Shown here one piece after another: positions 27,083 to 38,798 of a DNA stretch of 64,000 nucleotides (position 1 is the stretch's first letter; each line of letters starts with the position of its first letter). The translations under genes were made by a program, and so were the position numbers. The notes under the pieces are model-generated. The model searched no databases, was not told the origin of the DNA, and saw only the letters and a program-made list of their open reading frames with translations. The stretch comes from Octopus sinensis (lineage: Eukaryota): contig NC_042997.1 in NCBI RefSeq assembly GCF_006345805.1, forward strand, positions 118,668,001 through 118,732,000, written 5' to 3'.

Positions 27083-27158
27083 GCATACATACATACATAC
27101 GTACGTACGTACATACATACATACATACATACATACCTACGCACGTACATACATACAT
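26605..27158. repeat. Long degenerate (ATAC)n microsatellite
   Basis: Direct reading; source of the MYVC/IHTY ORFs. Confidence 0.95.
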
Positions 27159-27312
27159 TTTTACGAGGCAAAACACGAGGGACCAAGACTGTGAACCCAG
27201 GACAAATTAGCAGCGCATCGCGGCCCTTACTTTCGGTGACCGCAGCCACCAGCCGCAATCCGTGTTCCGCCGGCCCTGCAAACCTGTAATGGGCGGAACG
27301 GACCCCGGAGTG

Positions 27313-27980
27313 CACAACAGACCTAATACAAGGATTTGGGATAGAGAAGAGAAACTGTGTATAATTGTGGAAATTAGCTACCCAGCGGATGCTAACATAA
27401 AGCTGAAGATCAGTGAAAAATAGAACACCTATGCTGAACTATTGAGAAATCTGCAATTACTCTATCCAGATTACAAATTCACGTTTATACGTTTAATTAT
27501 TGCTCCCCTGAGATTGCAACCTTGAGAAATTAGGCTTCTGAAAACCAGAAAGGAGAAAGCTAATTCGAAGAGAACTGATCCAATCCATCACTGGAGCTGT
27601 AAAAGTCTGTAAAACTTTCCAGAAGTTTATCATTTAAATATATATGAGCATGTGTAGATATGTACGATATGCATAGAATACATACATAAAACATACAAAT
27701 CTGCATATACCTACGTACATACATACATGCATACATACATACATACATACATACATACATACATACATACATACACATACATACGTACACACACAATACA
27801 TACACACATGCACGCATGCATATTTACATATTTACATACACACACATACATACATACATACATAAATACATTCAAACAAAAATACACTGTTGTTGAAATT
27901 CCAATGATTTTGCGTTGGATCTAGGTTAGAAACCGGTCCTTTCTCTATTGGCAAGAAATCTTGAAATAAACTGAATAATG
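27313..27980 (+). mobile_element. 5'-truncated RLE-type LINE (endonuclease C-terminus + 3' UTR)
   Basis: HNRPNTRIWDREEKLCIIVEISYPADANIKLKISEK*NTYAELLRNLQLLYPDYKF; same family as 42,050-43,110. Confidence 0.8.
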
Positions 27981-28594
27981 GGTTCTCTTACCTCAGAGAA
28001 GATCTGGATGGAAACCATTCAGCATGCAAAAAAAATAATAAACCACGATACGTATGTATTTGCCCGAAAGCTTGAAGGGGACAGTAAAATTGATAAGAAA
28101 AGCAGCCTTCCTTGGACACAAGACCACTACATCACATAACAGTTTGAAGGCTATGCCACCACCGTCACCACCACCAACACCATCATCATCACCGTCGCCT
28201 TCACCTCTATCACCGCTGCTCCCACAGCTCATACTGTTACTATCACCCATTTACCATCGACAAAAGGGCTAAATGTGTGTGTTCGTTCATATGTCAACTT
28301 CAGTCCCTCTTTCTCTCACATACCCACTCTTTCTCTCTCTCTCTTATTATTATTACTCCCACTGCCACCATCAACTCTACTACTTTTAATAAAACACCAT
28401 CAGCTCTCCTTAAATTTCTTTCTCTCTCCTTGTCTCCTCTCTCTCTCTCTGTCTGTCTTCGCCACCGCCCTCACGCTCTCTGCCTACTATTCCTTTCACC
28501 CCATAATAAGGAATAGTAGGAGTCTCATTGAATATTGAGAGAGGGAGTCTAAGTGTGACACGCTGACACAGAAATTGGTTTTCGCATTCATTAT

Positions 28595-28632
<38 letters not shown>

Positions 28633-28698
28633 GGTCCCGGGTTGATCCGGGGTTAACCACAGTAAGTAAGGTACTCAATACATAGCAGAGTAAAATTA

Positions 28699-28826
28699 AT
28701 TTATTATATAGAAGGAGCTTCTACAGGACTAGTACTGTTTCATTCAAGAGAAATCTTCAGGAAGCTCTTCCTGAAGATTTCTCTTGAATGAAACAGTACT
28801 AGTCCTGTAGAAGCTCCTTCTATATA

Positions 28827-28832
<6 letters not shown>
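28699..28832. repeat. Near-spacerless perfect palindrome (66-bp arms, 2-nt spacer)
   Basis: 28,699-28,764 is the exact reverse complement of 28,767-28,832. Confidence 0.92.
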
Positions 28833-28882
<50 letters not shown>

Positions 28883-28896
28883 TGTGTGTATGTGTG

Positions 28897-28941
<45 letters not shown>

Positions 28942-28994
28942 CATTATTGGTGAATTGAAGAAATGGAGCTGAACGCAGATTGAACAGAAATCGT

Positions 28995-29090
28995 TTTATT
29001 TCATTCTACACGTGTTTCGAAAGGCACAAATTACCAAAATCCGATTGAATAATGGGACCATATTGTGTCTTTCTCATCAGGAAGAAAAAA
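28995..29090 (-). ncRNA. Type I hammerhead ribozyme motif (upstream inverted pLTR)
   Basis: TTTTTTCTTC-CTGATGA-GAAAG..long stem II..CTTTC-GAAAC; palindromic stem III ACACGTGT; GUA triplet; stem I 3' GAATGAAATAAAA. Confidence 0.75.
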
Positions 29091-29411
29091 GGAAATCCGT
29101 TGGAAAAACAAAAACAGAACAGAGGCAGAGCAAAAAACAAATCGAACTGTGCTCCTAAGAGCCCATGGCGAAACTGTTTATCAGTGTATGTTGAGAACCG
29201 GTGGCTGAAGAATTCAACAGGTCAGGCATCGGTCAAACATGTGGGTGAGGGTGTATAGATGTTCTTTGTGACCGAGAATAGATAGTGGAGAATCAGGGGT
29301 TATTCCTATAGTTAATAGTGACGTAGTGGAAAATAGAGTAGTAAGCGGCTGCAGGTCTCGGAACGAATATAGTGACAGGAACGCAGTTCTAATTTCAGAA
29401 ACCAATCCTAG

Positions 29412-29825
29412 CAGAGTAGATTCACGTCGGCGAACTCCAAGATCAAAAACGCCGTCTACCAATGCAAGGTTTACACGGACTCAGATGCCTTCACTTATAT
29501 AGGGGCATCATCCTCAAGATTGTCTTTGCGTGTCTCCAACCATTACGCAACTTTTCGGGACGTGAACAAGCGCCGGACCACGGGACTCAGTAAGCTAATA
29601 TGGCGACTGAAGGATGCGAACTTAAGCTATAGGCTGGAATGGTCAATTTTGTCGGTGGCCCTCCCATTTGATAGGGGCAGAAGACAGTGCAACCTTTGTG
29701 TCTCCGAACTCTTCCATATTTTGTTTGCCAGAGGCCGGATGGTAAACGGGCTCTTACAGTCGGCTTTTCGATGCCCCCATTGGCGGCGTTACACTTATCT
29801 GGCTTTAAATAGCGTTTATAAATAA
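29412..29825 (+). CDS. PLE GIY-YIG endonuclease, open C-terminal fragment (no start; 5'-truncated)
   Basis: NAVYQCKVYTDSDAFTYIGASSSRLSLRVSNHYATF...TTGLSKLIWRLKD..YRLEWSIL...CNLCVSE...RCPH; uninterrupted from 29,412 to the stop at 29,825. Confidence 0.75.
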   Translation, partial: QSRFTSANSKIKNAVYQCKVYTDSDAFTYIGASSSRLSLRVSNHYATFRDVNKRRTTGLSKLIWRLKDANLSYRLEWSILSVALPFDRGRRQCNLCVSELFHILFARGRMVNGLLQSAFRCPHWRRYTYLALNSVYK

Positions 29826-30415
29826 GACCGGCACCCATAGCCCTTGGTAACAAATTCTGAAATAGATTTTAAGATATCTACAATTAACCACTGCAAGGGA
29901 ATTACTCCTGTAAGACAAACGGGGCTTGTTTTTTCACAGCGGGGGGTTTCCTTGTCAAGGTAGGCTTAGATGACACACACAACACACATAAAACATAAAA
30001 AATATATATATAATTTCTTTATTTTTTCTTTCTGCCACCCAACGGTTATCACGGCAGTAGCCACTGACAGCCGAACGATCAAACGCACACACGTACACAA
30101 AAAATGTTTTCTACCCCTACGCCAACACACACATATATAGAACAGTATACACACACACACGTCTCTAAGTAGATTTTTTCTCGCCCCTTATAAAACATCC
30201 AATATTCTTTAAATAGTCAGAACTTTATTCTCGGTCACAAAGAACATCTATACACCCTCACCCACATGTTTGACCGATGCCTGACCTGTTGAATTCTTCA
30301 GCCACCGGTTCTCAACATACACTGATAAACAGTTTCGCCATGGGCTCTTAGGAGCACAGTTCGATTTGTTTTTTGCTCTGCCTCTGTTCTGTTTTTGTTT
30401 TTCCAACGGATTTCC

Positions 30416-30510
30416 TTTTTTCTTCTGATGAGAAAGACACAATATGGTCCCATTATTCAATCGGATTTTGGTAATTTGTGCCTTTCGAAACACGTGTAGA
30501 ATGAAATAAA
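30416..30510 (+). ncRNA. Type I hammerhead ribozyme motif (downstream pLTR)
   Basis: CTGATGA at 30,425-30,431, GAAAC at 30,487-30,491, ACACGTGT, GUA; stem I lacks one C relative to the upstream copy. Confidence 0.7.
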
Positions 30511-30714
30511 ACGATTTCTGTTCAATCTGCGTTCAGCTCCATTTCTTCAATTCACCAATAATGTTTTAATTTCAATTATCCGCACCAACGCACGGTTGCA
30601 ACGCCAGATGGTTGTACCTCCAACCGTGCTGTTCACTGCTGTGATTTTTGCTACTAAGGTATCGGTTAAACTTTTGATTAATCTACTACAAGATTATTCA
30701 TCTTTCTATTTCAC

Positions 30715-30754
<40 letters not shown>

Positions 30755-30965
30755 TGCCATATGAAATTGTAAAACAATTGATGAACAACTCTTTACATTC
30801 TATATCGTTATAATTACTGCTAATATACACTCCAGATCATATTACCATACAGAGAAATGAATACGAACTTAACAATTCGGCGGAATGTACAACGTGAGAG
30901 GCAATTCATAATAGTTAGACACAACCTGGAACGTAACTGAGAGCCACCACGTTATCCGCCCGGAT

Positions 30966-31060
30966 AAGATATTCCTCTAGACTAGTGGTTCCCAAAGTGG
31001 GCAGCACTGGCCCGTGGAGGTAGTAAAAAGCTCCAGGGGGCGTTGAAGAAAAGTGGGATG
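30966..31060 (+). mobile_element. Possible hAT/MITE terminus
   Basis: tagtggttcccaaagtggg resembles CAGTGGTTCCCAAA-type hAT termini; no partner end found. Confidence 0.3.
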
Positions 31061-32784
31061 ATAATGGAGTGGCCAAAATAGAGTGGTAGATTTTAAAAGA
31101 AAAGAATTAATAGATCATTTAGGTTTAAGTTTTATTTGTGAAATGCAGTTGTTTTCAATTTACTGCACAAAGTAGTCTATATTTGTGGTTCAGTATTTAG
31201 CGTGTTGGGCTCACCTTTCCCGGACTGGGCTGTGAGCTGTGTTCTTGAGCAAGACAATTTATTTCACGTGCATCAGAATACTAAGGCGCACAAACGAGTT
31301 GCGTCTTCACTGGTGCCAAACTATGCTGGAATGCATGAATGGAATACTATAAGTACGGTATGGTGGACAGGACAAAAGAAAGTGATGGAACCTGGTGTTC
31401 GAAATCAAAGTAATGCAATCCATACAGTTTTGTTCATTACCATATTTGAATACTTTTCCATATTTCGTCAGGTAATTGTTCTCCTTATCTTATATATTAT
31501 GCAATACATTTTACTTTATTATTTCCTTTCCGATTTTCATATATTATATTTCGTGTCACACTGATCATAGAATCCCCATCAGTTTGTAATTCCTCCCTCC
31601 TATTATCCCCAACTCGTCACCCACTTCGCAATAATAGAAATCGTCAGACTTATTATTTCTTCTATTGTTCTTATTACGTATTTTATATGAATATTATTTT
31701 TTATACTGATTATTATTTTTTCTTTTTGTTCTGATAACCTTCCCAATGACAATAAGGTTATTATCACAAGATTCATGACAATGTTATTAGCCACAGAGAT
31801 AATGATATCGATACAAATTCCCCTGAAATCACATGTCAAGTACAACTGGATTCTATCTATGAAGCCCAGTTAATCCGTCATAATTACCTGAAATCTAAAT
31901 TCTCGTAAAACAGTAAATAAAGAAATAAAGTCAGAAAGACACGGACTGAGAAACAAAACAAGTGCCCTCATTAGAGACACCGTAATGTCAAATTTAATTA
32001 AAGATATAATTCCACCGAAACCTATAAATTTCAGAAACAAACTTTAGCAACAACTTGAAAAGAATTAAAAAAACTAACTAAATAATTTTGATAACAAATT
32101 CGAAATAATTATAAAAATATATATCATTTAAACATATTTTTCGAAAAATTGAAATTTAAAAGAAAGTTTAAATGACTTGTTGAAAACTTACAAAACAGTG
32201 ACAATGAAAGAGAAAAAGTAAATAACAAGAATTAATAAATTATAATTTTGAAATGCATCACATTGATTTGTTCTCAGAATAGAAAGGAAGACATACACAA
32301 CTCCGAAGAAAAGATATTAGAATATTCGGTAAATTTACAAAACAAAGTGCGATAAATATCGCCATTCAACCTTCGTTCTGTACTGATTAGAAAACAACAA
32401 AAATGCAAAAACAAAAACAAAAGCCAAAAACTTACTAAATGTTTTGTTTACGAAGCAAACTCAGTAAAGTAAGATTAACAAAGGTTCGTCATTATTGGTG
32501 CCATATTGAATATATTAAATACAATTCAATGCTTCTAAATCATTTGTGCACCCATAAATTTGGCTATAGATCATTGGTCATCACTATGAAATATTTCAAA
32601 GAATAAAATAACAAAAATAAAGAAGAGTCACTTTTTAATTGGTTATTAAACACATTACTACAAATAGTCACATGTTAAGATTTGTGATCAGTAGTTTTGG
32701 TAGTGCTGAGTTGCCAGAATCATTAGCAAGCGGAAGAATGTGCTTTGGGTTATTTCGTTCGGCTTTGCGTAAAAAATTAAAAAA

Positions 32785-33042
32785 ATAAATAAATGTGCCC
32801 TTTTTTAAAGCCTATCGAGTCTCATGGGCCCGGTTTCTCTGTTCTATGGCGTAAGTGTTCCCTAGCTCGACGGGACGCCATTCCATCGCAGCGTTACTCA
32901 TTTTTCCCAGCTGAGTGGACTGGAGCAACGTGAAATGAAGTGTTTTGCTCAAGAACACAATGCGTCGCCCGGTCCAGGAATACAAAACCACAATCTTACG
33001 ATCATGATGCTGACACCCTAACCACTAAGCCACGTGCGTCCA
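32785..33042 (-). mobile_element. SINE family C (V-domain-like)
   Basis: Homologous to 5,440-5,696. Confidence 0.8.
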
Positions 33043-33044
33043 CT

Positions 33045-33560
33045 TGGCTTTACGTACTGACTTCAAATTCCATCGCACTTGACTTTGCTTTTCATCTATT
33101 CAGGGTCGATAAAATAAGTACCACACTTCGGCTGGGGTCGATGTAATCGTCCAGCCCCTTCTTACACAAAATTTCAAGCCCTGTTCCTATAATAGAAAGG
33201 AATATCTGATAGAAGGATAAAACGATGAACTGGCGGAATCGTTATCAGGCCGGGCAAAGTGCTTACCAGCATTTCGTCCGTATTTACGTTTTGAAATCGT
33301 ATTCCTCCGAGGTCCACTTTGTCTTTCGGTAGAAAACCTGAGAAATACTGGAATCAACTTCCCCTTCCCCTCAAAGACTGCTCGCTCTATTTCAAGATTT
33401 GAAACTAATAGAAGGGCAGTAATCTTGCGGAACCGTTAGAGGCATCTTTCCAGTTCTTTACATTCTGTGTTCAAATTACGCCGATTTTCTCCTTTCAAGG
33501 TACAATTTGTATATTTGGATCGATATAATTGATTCATCCTCACCTGAAAATTACTGGCCT
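33045..33560 (+). mobile_element. Cluster of degenerate family A SINE fragments
   Basis: Repeated acgttctgagttcaaatt-like and ggtcgataaaataagtacc blocks. Confidence 0.6.
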
Positions 33561-34624
33561 TGTACTAATGTTAAAAGCGTTCGGTAATAGAATAAATTTA
33601 CATCTCTACCATACAGGCTATATAAACCCGATTCTGGTGGTGTGATTAACCTTTCAAGAGAAGCTAATATCTATAAGACCTGGGGAAAATGCAGCTGGCT
33701 GTGAGACACATAAATACGTTCGAACAGTGATTATAAAGGTCAACAAAATCAAAAATATTATTTGAGTTACAACCAATGGCATATTCTCAAGGAAAATCAC
33801 ATTAAACTAATGAACAAAGAGTATGACGGATATAATTAGTCGATCCATTCGATTATAATTTGAGACAATTTATGTTAACTCAAAATTTGGAATCCTTTTC
33901 TTGCTTCAAGGGATGTTCTCAGGAGTTGAACACACGTTGTGCAGCGTATATTTCTCGAAGTTTGACTAACTATAATGTTTAAACAGAAACATTTGCTATT
34001 TTGTATTTTATTGCGTAATATTTCTCTCTTAAAGGATATTTCACGCAATCATTATATACATCCGCACGCAGCCACACAGATATACATATATATCTACTTA
34101 TTTATTTTCTCGTTTTCTCGTTGTATCATATATTAGTTTATGTTTCTTATCTATTAAATCATAAATTCAGACGAGACATCTGGAAAACTTATTAGAAAAG
34201 TCAGTATTACTTTTATAATCTTACAGCATATTTCCTCTGGTAAGTTTCATTGTCATTATGAGAGTGTATAATTTAAATTAGCTTCATACTTGAACAAAAT
34301 TTCCCAGAAGCGCATTTCTCAAGAGAAATTACAAATCGTAAACAAAACGAGAGTTGTTAGAAGGTAGAATAATAAACCAAAACTACAATGTATATACTTC
34401 GACGAATATAGATTTATTACACACACACAATTAGAGGAAATGGACAGTCGATTGAATTAACCCAGTACTGAAATGGTTCGTTGTTTTATCGGTACTAGAA
34501 AAATGAAAGACGGGGATTTGAACATCGAATGTAAATGTTTGCGCCTATGTAACACAAATCATTAGGATTGAAGCTCCAATGACTCTGCTTCCGCCAAACC
34601 ACCGGTCTGGTACTTATATTGATT

Positions 34625-34830
34625 TTAAATTTTGGCACAGGGCCAGCAAGTTCGAGGATGGGGGTAATTCGATTACATCAATCCAGTATGCAACATGTAT
34701 TTATTTTTCTTGACCCAGAAAGTGTGACAGGTGAAGTAGACGCAGGCGGAATTTGAAGTCAGAGCATGGAGACTGAAGAAATACTACTAAGCTTTTTGCC
34801 CAGTGTGCTAACGATTCTGCCAGCTCTCCC
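34625..34830 (-). mobile_element. SINE family A
   Basis: ggcggaatttgaagtcagag...tgctaacgattctgccagctc. Confidence 0.7.
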
Positions 34831-35340
34831 ACCAACATGGTACTTATATTAACAGTGCAGATCACTACCACTGCTACAAACATACCTATGTAATTTGTTT
34901 TTTATTGGCGGCTGGGGCATGTCTCTTTTGACCATTCTTAGTAGAACGCAATTATAACAGGATTCGAGATCGAGATATAGAAGAACCCAATTGAAAATCA
35001 TCAAGAGTTTATCCATCAGCCACTTATTATTATCACAACTATTATCACTGGGCAAAATGCTTAGCGGCATATCGTCCCCTCTTACTTTCTGAGTTCTAAT
35101 TCCGTCGAGGTCGATTTGGCCTTTCATCTTTTCGGGGTTGATAAAATAAGTACCAGCTCTCGAATGGTGCTTATTATACCAACACTGATATCATATTGTT
35201 TACTTTGCGAATGTGAGTACCGTGTTAGGCATTAATTTTTTTTTGTTTTTTGGTGCAAGATGTTACGAACTTTGTATTTAACTATTATTTATTTTATCAA
35301 CTGCAGAAGAAATAAAACCGAATTAATCCTCATTTGGAGT

Positions 35341-35724
35341 CTAATTAGAACATAAAGAGTAGTAATTATTCCTATATTCATTTACTTGTTTATTCACTGG
35401 GACATTCCACCAGTATTCCTTTTCATTATGAGTGGCTATGGCTTCTACCACATTGTAGGTTCTTATTTCTTTGTTCTCGGGACTATCCTTGTGACGGAAT
35501 TCATTATTGAGTGTCCTAGCTAGAAAGTCACGTCTCATCGGTAGATAATACCGTGACGACATTTTCGGACAATTGCTTATGATGTGGGTGATATCTTCAG
35601 TATGAACTCCACAAAGTCTGCATCGGTCGTCACTTTTTACGGCTTTTCCTGTATCTCTATCCCTTTTGGGCATCAGGTATTTGGTTGGCATTTTCTGTTC
35701 CTGGATTGCAAACACACCCTTCAA
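35341..35724 (-). pseudogene. RLE-type LINE fragment (CCHC zinc-knuckle region)
   Basis: DDRCRLCGVHTEDITHIISNCPKMSSRYYLPMRRD...KEYWWNVPV. Confidence 0.8.
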
Positions 35725-37133
35725 AGTGGGAGGTAGTGATCCGGCTAATAGTCCATGATAACCTATTTTGAATTTTAATGCACGATGTTACTATCATCAA
35801 TGTACGTATGTATGAATGTATGTAAGTTTGTATGTATGTATGTATGTATGTATGTATGTATGTATGTATGTATGTATGTTTGTATGTATGTATGCATGTA
35901 TGTATGTATGTATGTATGTATGTATTAGTCAATGTATGTGTGTATGTACATACGTATATATGTATGTATCTATGTATGCATGTATGTATATGTACGTATA
36001 GTATATATCCATATATAGGATATATATATTTATTTATTTATGGGTGTATATATGAGTGTATGCACGTGTGTATGTATTTAAGCAGGCATATCTGTGACTG
36101 ATCAGTATTATGTGTATTTGAATGCACTTAATTGAACGTCTACAATTTGATGGTTCCCGTGGGTGATGTATGACTAAAAAATAACGGAACATTAATTTTG
36201 TTAATCATGTTTTATGCATCACATATCTTTTTTTTTTTACATTCGTTGTTTAGATACGAGTTTTCTAGCAGGGAAATAATAATGAACATTATACTACCTA
36301 TAGTTTGAAGATGGGAATTATTACAAGTTCCGGAGATGAGAAAAGTAAATCATGAAACACGATTTGGCTGGGGAACAATGTTGCCATTTTCAGAACTACT
36401 GAGATTTTCCGAATGATAGAGAAGGGTGTAGGTCGGGGAATCGTCGACGTCTGACAGGTTGTAGTTTGTTACAGAATTAGTGTTTACGTATCTGACTGAA
36501 GAAGCTTATTCTTTCGCCGTGTTGAGAGAGTCATGTTTTAATATTTCTATATGTTAATTCTTAGAAAGTTTTAAAAGAACACGGTAAAAGAAAACTAAGT
36601 TTAAAAGAGACAATTGTTCTAATCATAAAAATAATGTAATAAATGTTCGGATCATGCTGAGCGAAGAATAACAGAAATAGAAAATAAAATGCAAGGCAGC
36701 TGTGTTGCTGTCTTAATATTCTCTATAAAATACGACAAAGACTAATATCAATAGTGAACTAAGTTATATATTCATGAATATTTCCTTTAATTTCTAAACA
36801 CATTGTTGTAATAACTAGTGCTATTTCTTCTGAAGCACAGTGTCATGCCATCTAGTTTTTCTACATCACACACACAGAAGTTGACAAATAAACAACGAAG
36901 AATATCAGTTAGAAAGTCACAAGGAAGGAGCGACCAATAACTGAATGTTTAATTGATAAATACGTTTCGGCTCTTCGTTATAGTGACAAAGCAAGAATGA
37001 ATCGACTTTAAATAACATTAAAAAAATAATCATTCTTAAATATCTGCACAAAAACAAAACCAAGGCAACGTGATATCTAAGATAGCAATGATAAAACACA
37101 GACTACCATTGTACATCAAGTAGGGTTCAACAG

Positions 37134-37163
<30 letters not shown>

Positions 37164-37164
<1 letters not shown>

Positions 37165-37885
37165 ACAATGATAAATATCAAAGTGAGTTATATACAGTAG
37201 CGGTAACACATCGTGACGTATATTTGCCATCTCAATATGGCTACCCCTAAGGGTGGATGCTACTGTAGTTTTTAGCCCCAGGAGGACACACTCCTCCAGC
37301 TGGCCATAGACACACTTTCTGTGTCCTGTCAGTATTTGCAAAGGGAAGTCATCCTTCCCGTCTTCAACTTAGGACACACTCCTCCAGCTGGCCATAGACA
37401 CACTTTCTGTGTCCTGTCAGTATTTGCAAAGGGAAGTCATCCTTCCCGTCTTCAACTTATGTCCTCCTGGGGCTAAAAACTACAGTAGCATCCACCCTTA
37501 GGGGTAGCCATATTGAGATGGCAAATATACGTCACGATGTGTTACCGCTACTGTATATAACTCACTTTGATATTTATCATTGTTTGATTTCACTTTTTCA
37601 ATATCAGCGACAGTGGACGCTGGAAAAAGTATAAGTATTTGTGAAGGAAATCTAATTCTCGCCGACAACTATGATTGTCACACGCTGACGAGAGGTCAAT
37701 ACCTCGAAACTCGAGTCCGTGTGTATCATAAGTTGAAGACGGATGGATGACTTCCCTTTGCAAATACTGACAGGACACAGAAAGTGTGTCTATGGCCAGC
37801 TGGAGGAGTGTGTCCTCCTGGGGCTAAAAACTACAGTAGCATCCACCCTTAGGGGTAGCCATATTGAGATGCAAATATACGTCAC
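37164..37885 (+). mobile_element. Non-coding hammerhead-bearing module: 351-bp terminally redundant unit plus upstream inverted partial copy
   Basis: gtcctcctggggctaaaaac recurs at 37,461 and 37,812; 37,164-37,287 is the reverse complement of 37,461-37,584; 88-bp tandem duplication 37,284-37,371/37,372-37,459; (AT)n on both sides. Confidence 0.8.
37679..37723 (+). ncRNA. Perfect minimal type I hammerhead ribozyme motif
   Basis: Stem I CACACG/CGTGTG; CTGACGA; stem II GAGG-tcaata-CCTC; GAAA; palindromic stem III ACTCGAGT; GUC triplet (predicted cut after 37,717). Confidence 0.88.
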
Positions 37886-37920
37886 TATATATATATATAT
37901 ATAATATATATATATCTATA

Positions 37921-38003
<83 letters not shown>

Positions 38004-38014
38004 ATATATATAAT

Positions 38015-38056
<42 letters not shown>

Positions 38057-38063
38057 ATTATAT

Positions 38064-38101
<38 letters not shown>

Positions 38102-38135
38102 GAAAGTTGGTTGTGAAAGCACGTGGTTGAATATA

Positions 38136-38649
38136 TAGAAAATAGTAAAAAGTGAAAAAACTACAGAAGGCTTGTTTTAAAAGGTTAAAAAATATATATT
38201 TGAGTCAATATGTCTGAAGAATGTTATCAATTTTTTTCTTACAATGACATAGTTTAGAAGAAATAACCGGTTTCGCGTTCAGCTTTTCAAATTTCTTACA
38301 TCGTTATGTTTATGTTGAGAAGAGTCCAAATAATGGGAGGTAATAAGTGATTTCTTCCGGTGTAAGGGAGATAATCGCTTGAATTTTTTTGTCTTTCCTT
38401 TGGAGTGAATTTCTCTGTATAAGTATGTTGGAACTCTTCTCAACATAAACATAACGATAACTCTTCTCAACATAAACATAACGATGTAAGAAATTTGAAA
38501 AGCTGAACGCGAAACCGGTCATTTCTTCTAAACTATGTCATTGTAAGAAAAAAATTGATAACATTCTTCACACATATTGACTCAAATATATACTTTTTAA
38601 CCTTTTAAAACAAGCCTTCTGTAGTTTTTTCACTTTTTACTATTTTCTA
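38136..38649. mobile_element. Inverted pLTR pair (189-bp arms) of the PLE family seen at 1,030-1,928
   Basis: 38,136-38,324 is the near-exact reverse complement of 38,461-38,649; 27-bp tandem duplication at the junction (38,434-38,460); the minus copy aligns to 1,652-1,928. Confidence 0.8.
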
Positions 38650-38650
38650 G

Positions 38651-38728
<78 letters not shown>

Positions 38729-38798
38729 ATATATGTATATAAATATGTATATATATATATCATATATATCATATATATTTATATATATATAAATAATT

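Larger units (their letters stand above)
28941..30564 (+). mobile_element. 5'-truncated Penelope-like element with inverted pLTRs (~340 bp)
   Basis: 28,941-29,280 is the reverse complement of 30,226-30,564 (differences seen: one extra C); GIY-YIG fragment between them. Confidence 0.88.

Noticed and set aside
27895-27943. Hammerhead-like motif in RLE-LINE 3' UTRs (also ~42,095-42,140 minus)
   Set aside because: Both copies read CCAATGA (no G5), stems I and II pair poorly, and the palindrome is absent from the 42 kb copy
31730-31905. Cadherin-like wording in one frame (VISHRDNDIDTNSPEITCQVQ)
   Set aside because: Short, lacks proper DxD/DxNDN spacing and continuity; likely chance
38257-38357. 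Hammerhead-like scaffold in the 1.7 kb/38 kb pLTR family (8-bp stem I GAAGAAAT/ATTTCTTC, GAAACCGGTY)
   Set aside because: The core reads CTTATTA (38 kb) or CTGATTA (1.7 kb), lacking G8 in both, with extra unpaired bases; not called without a family consensus
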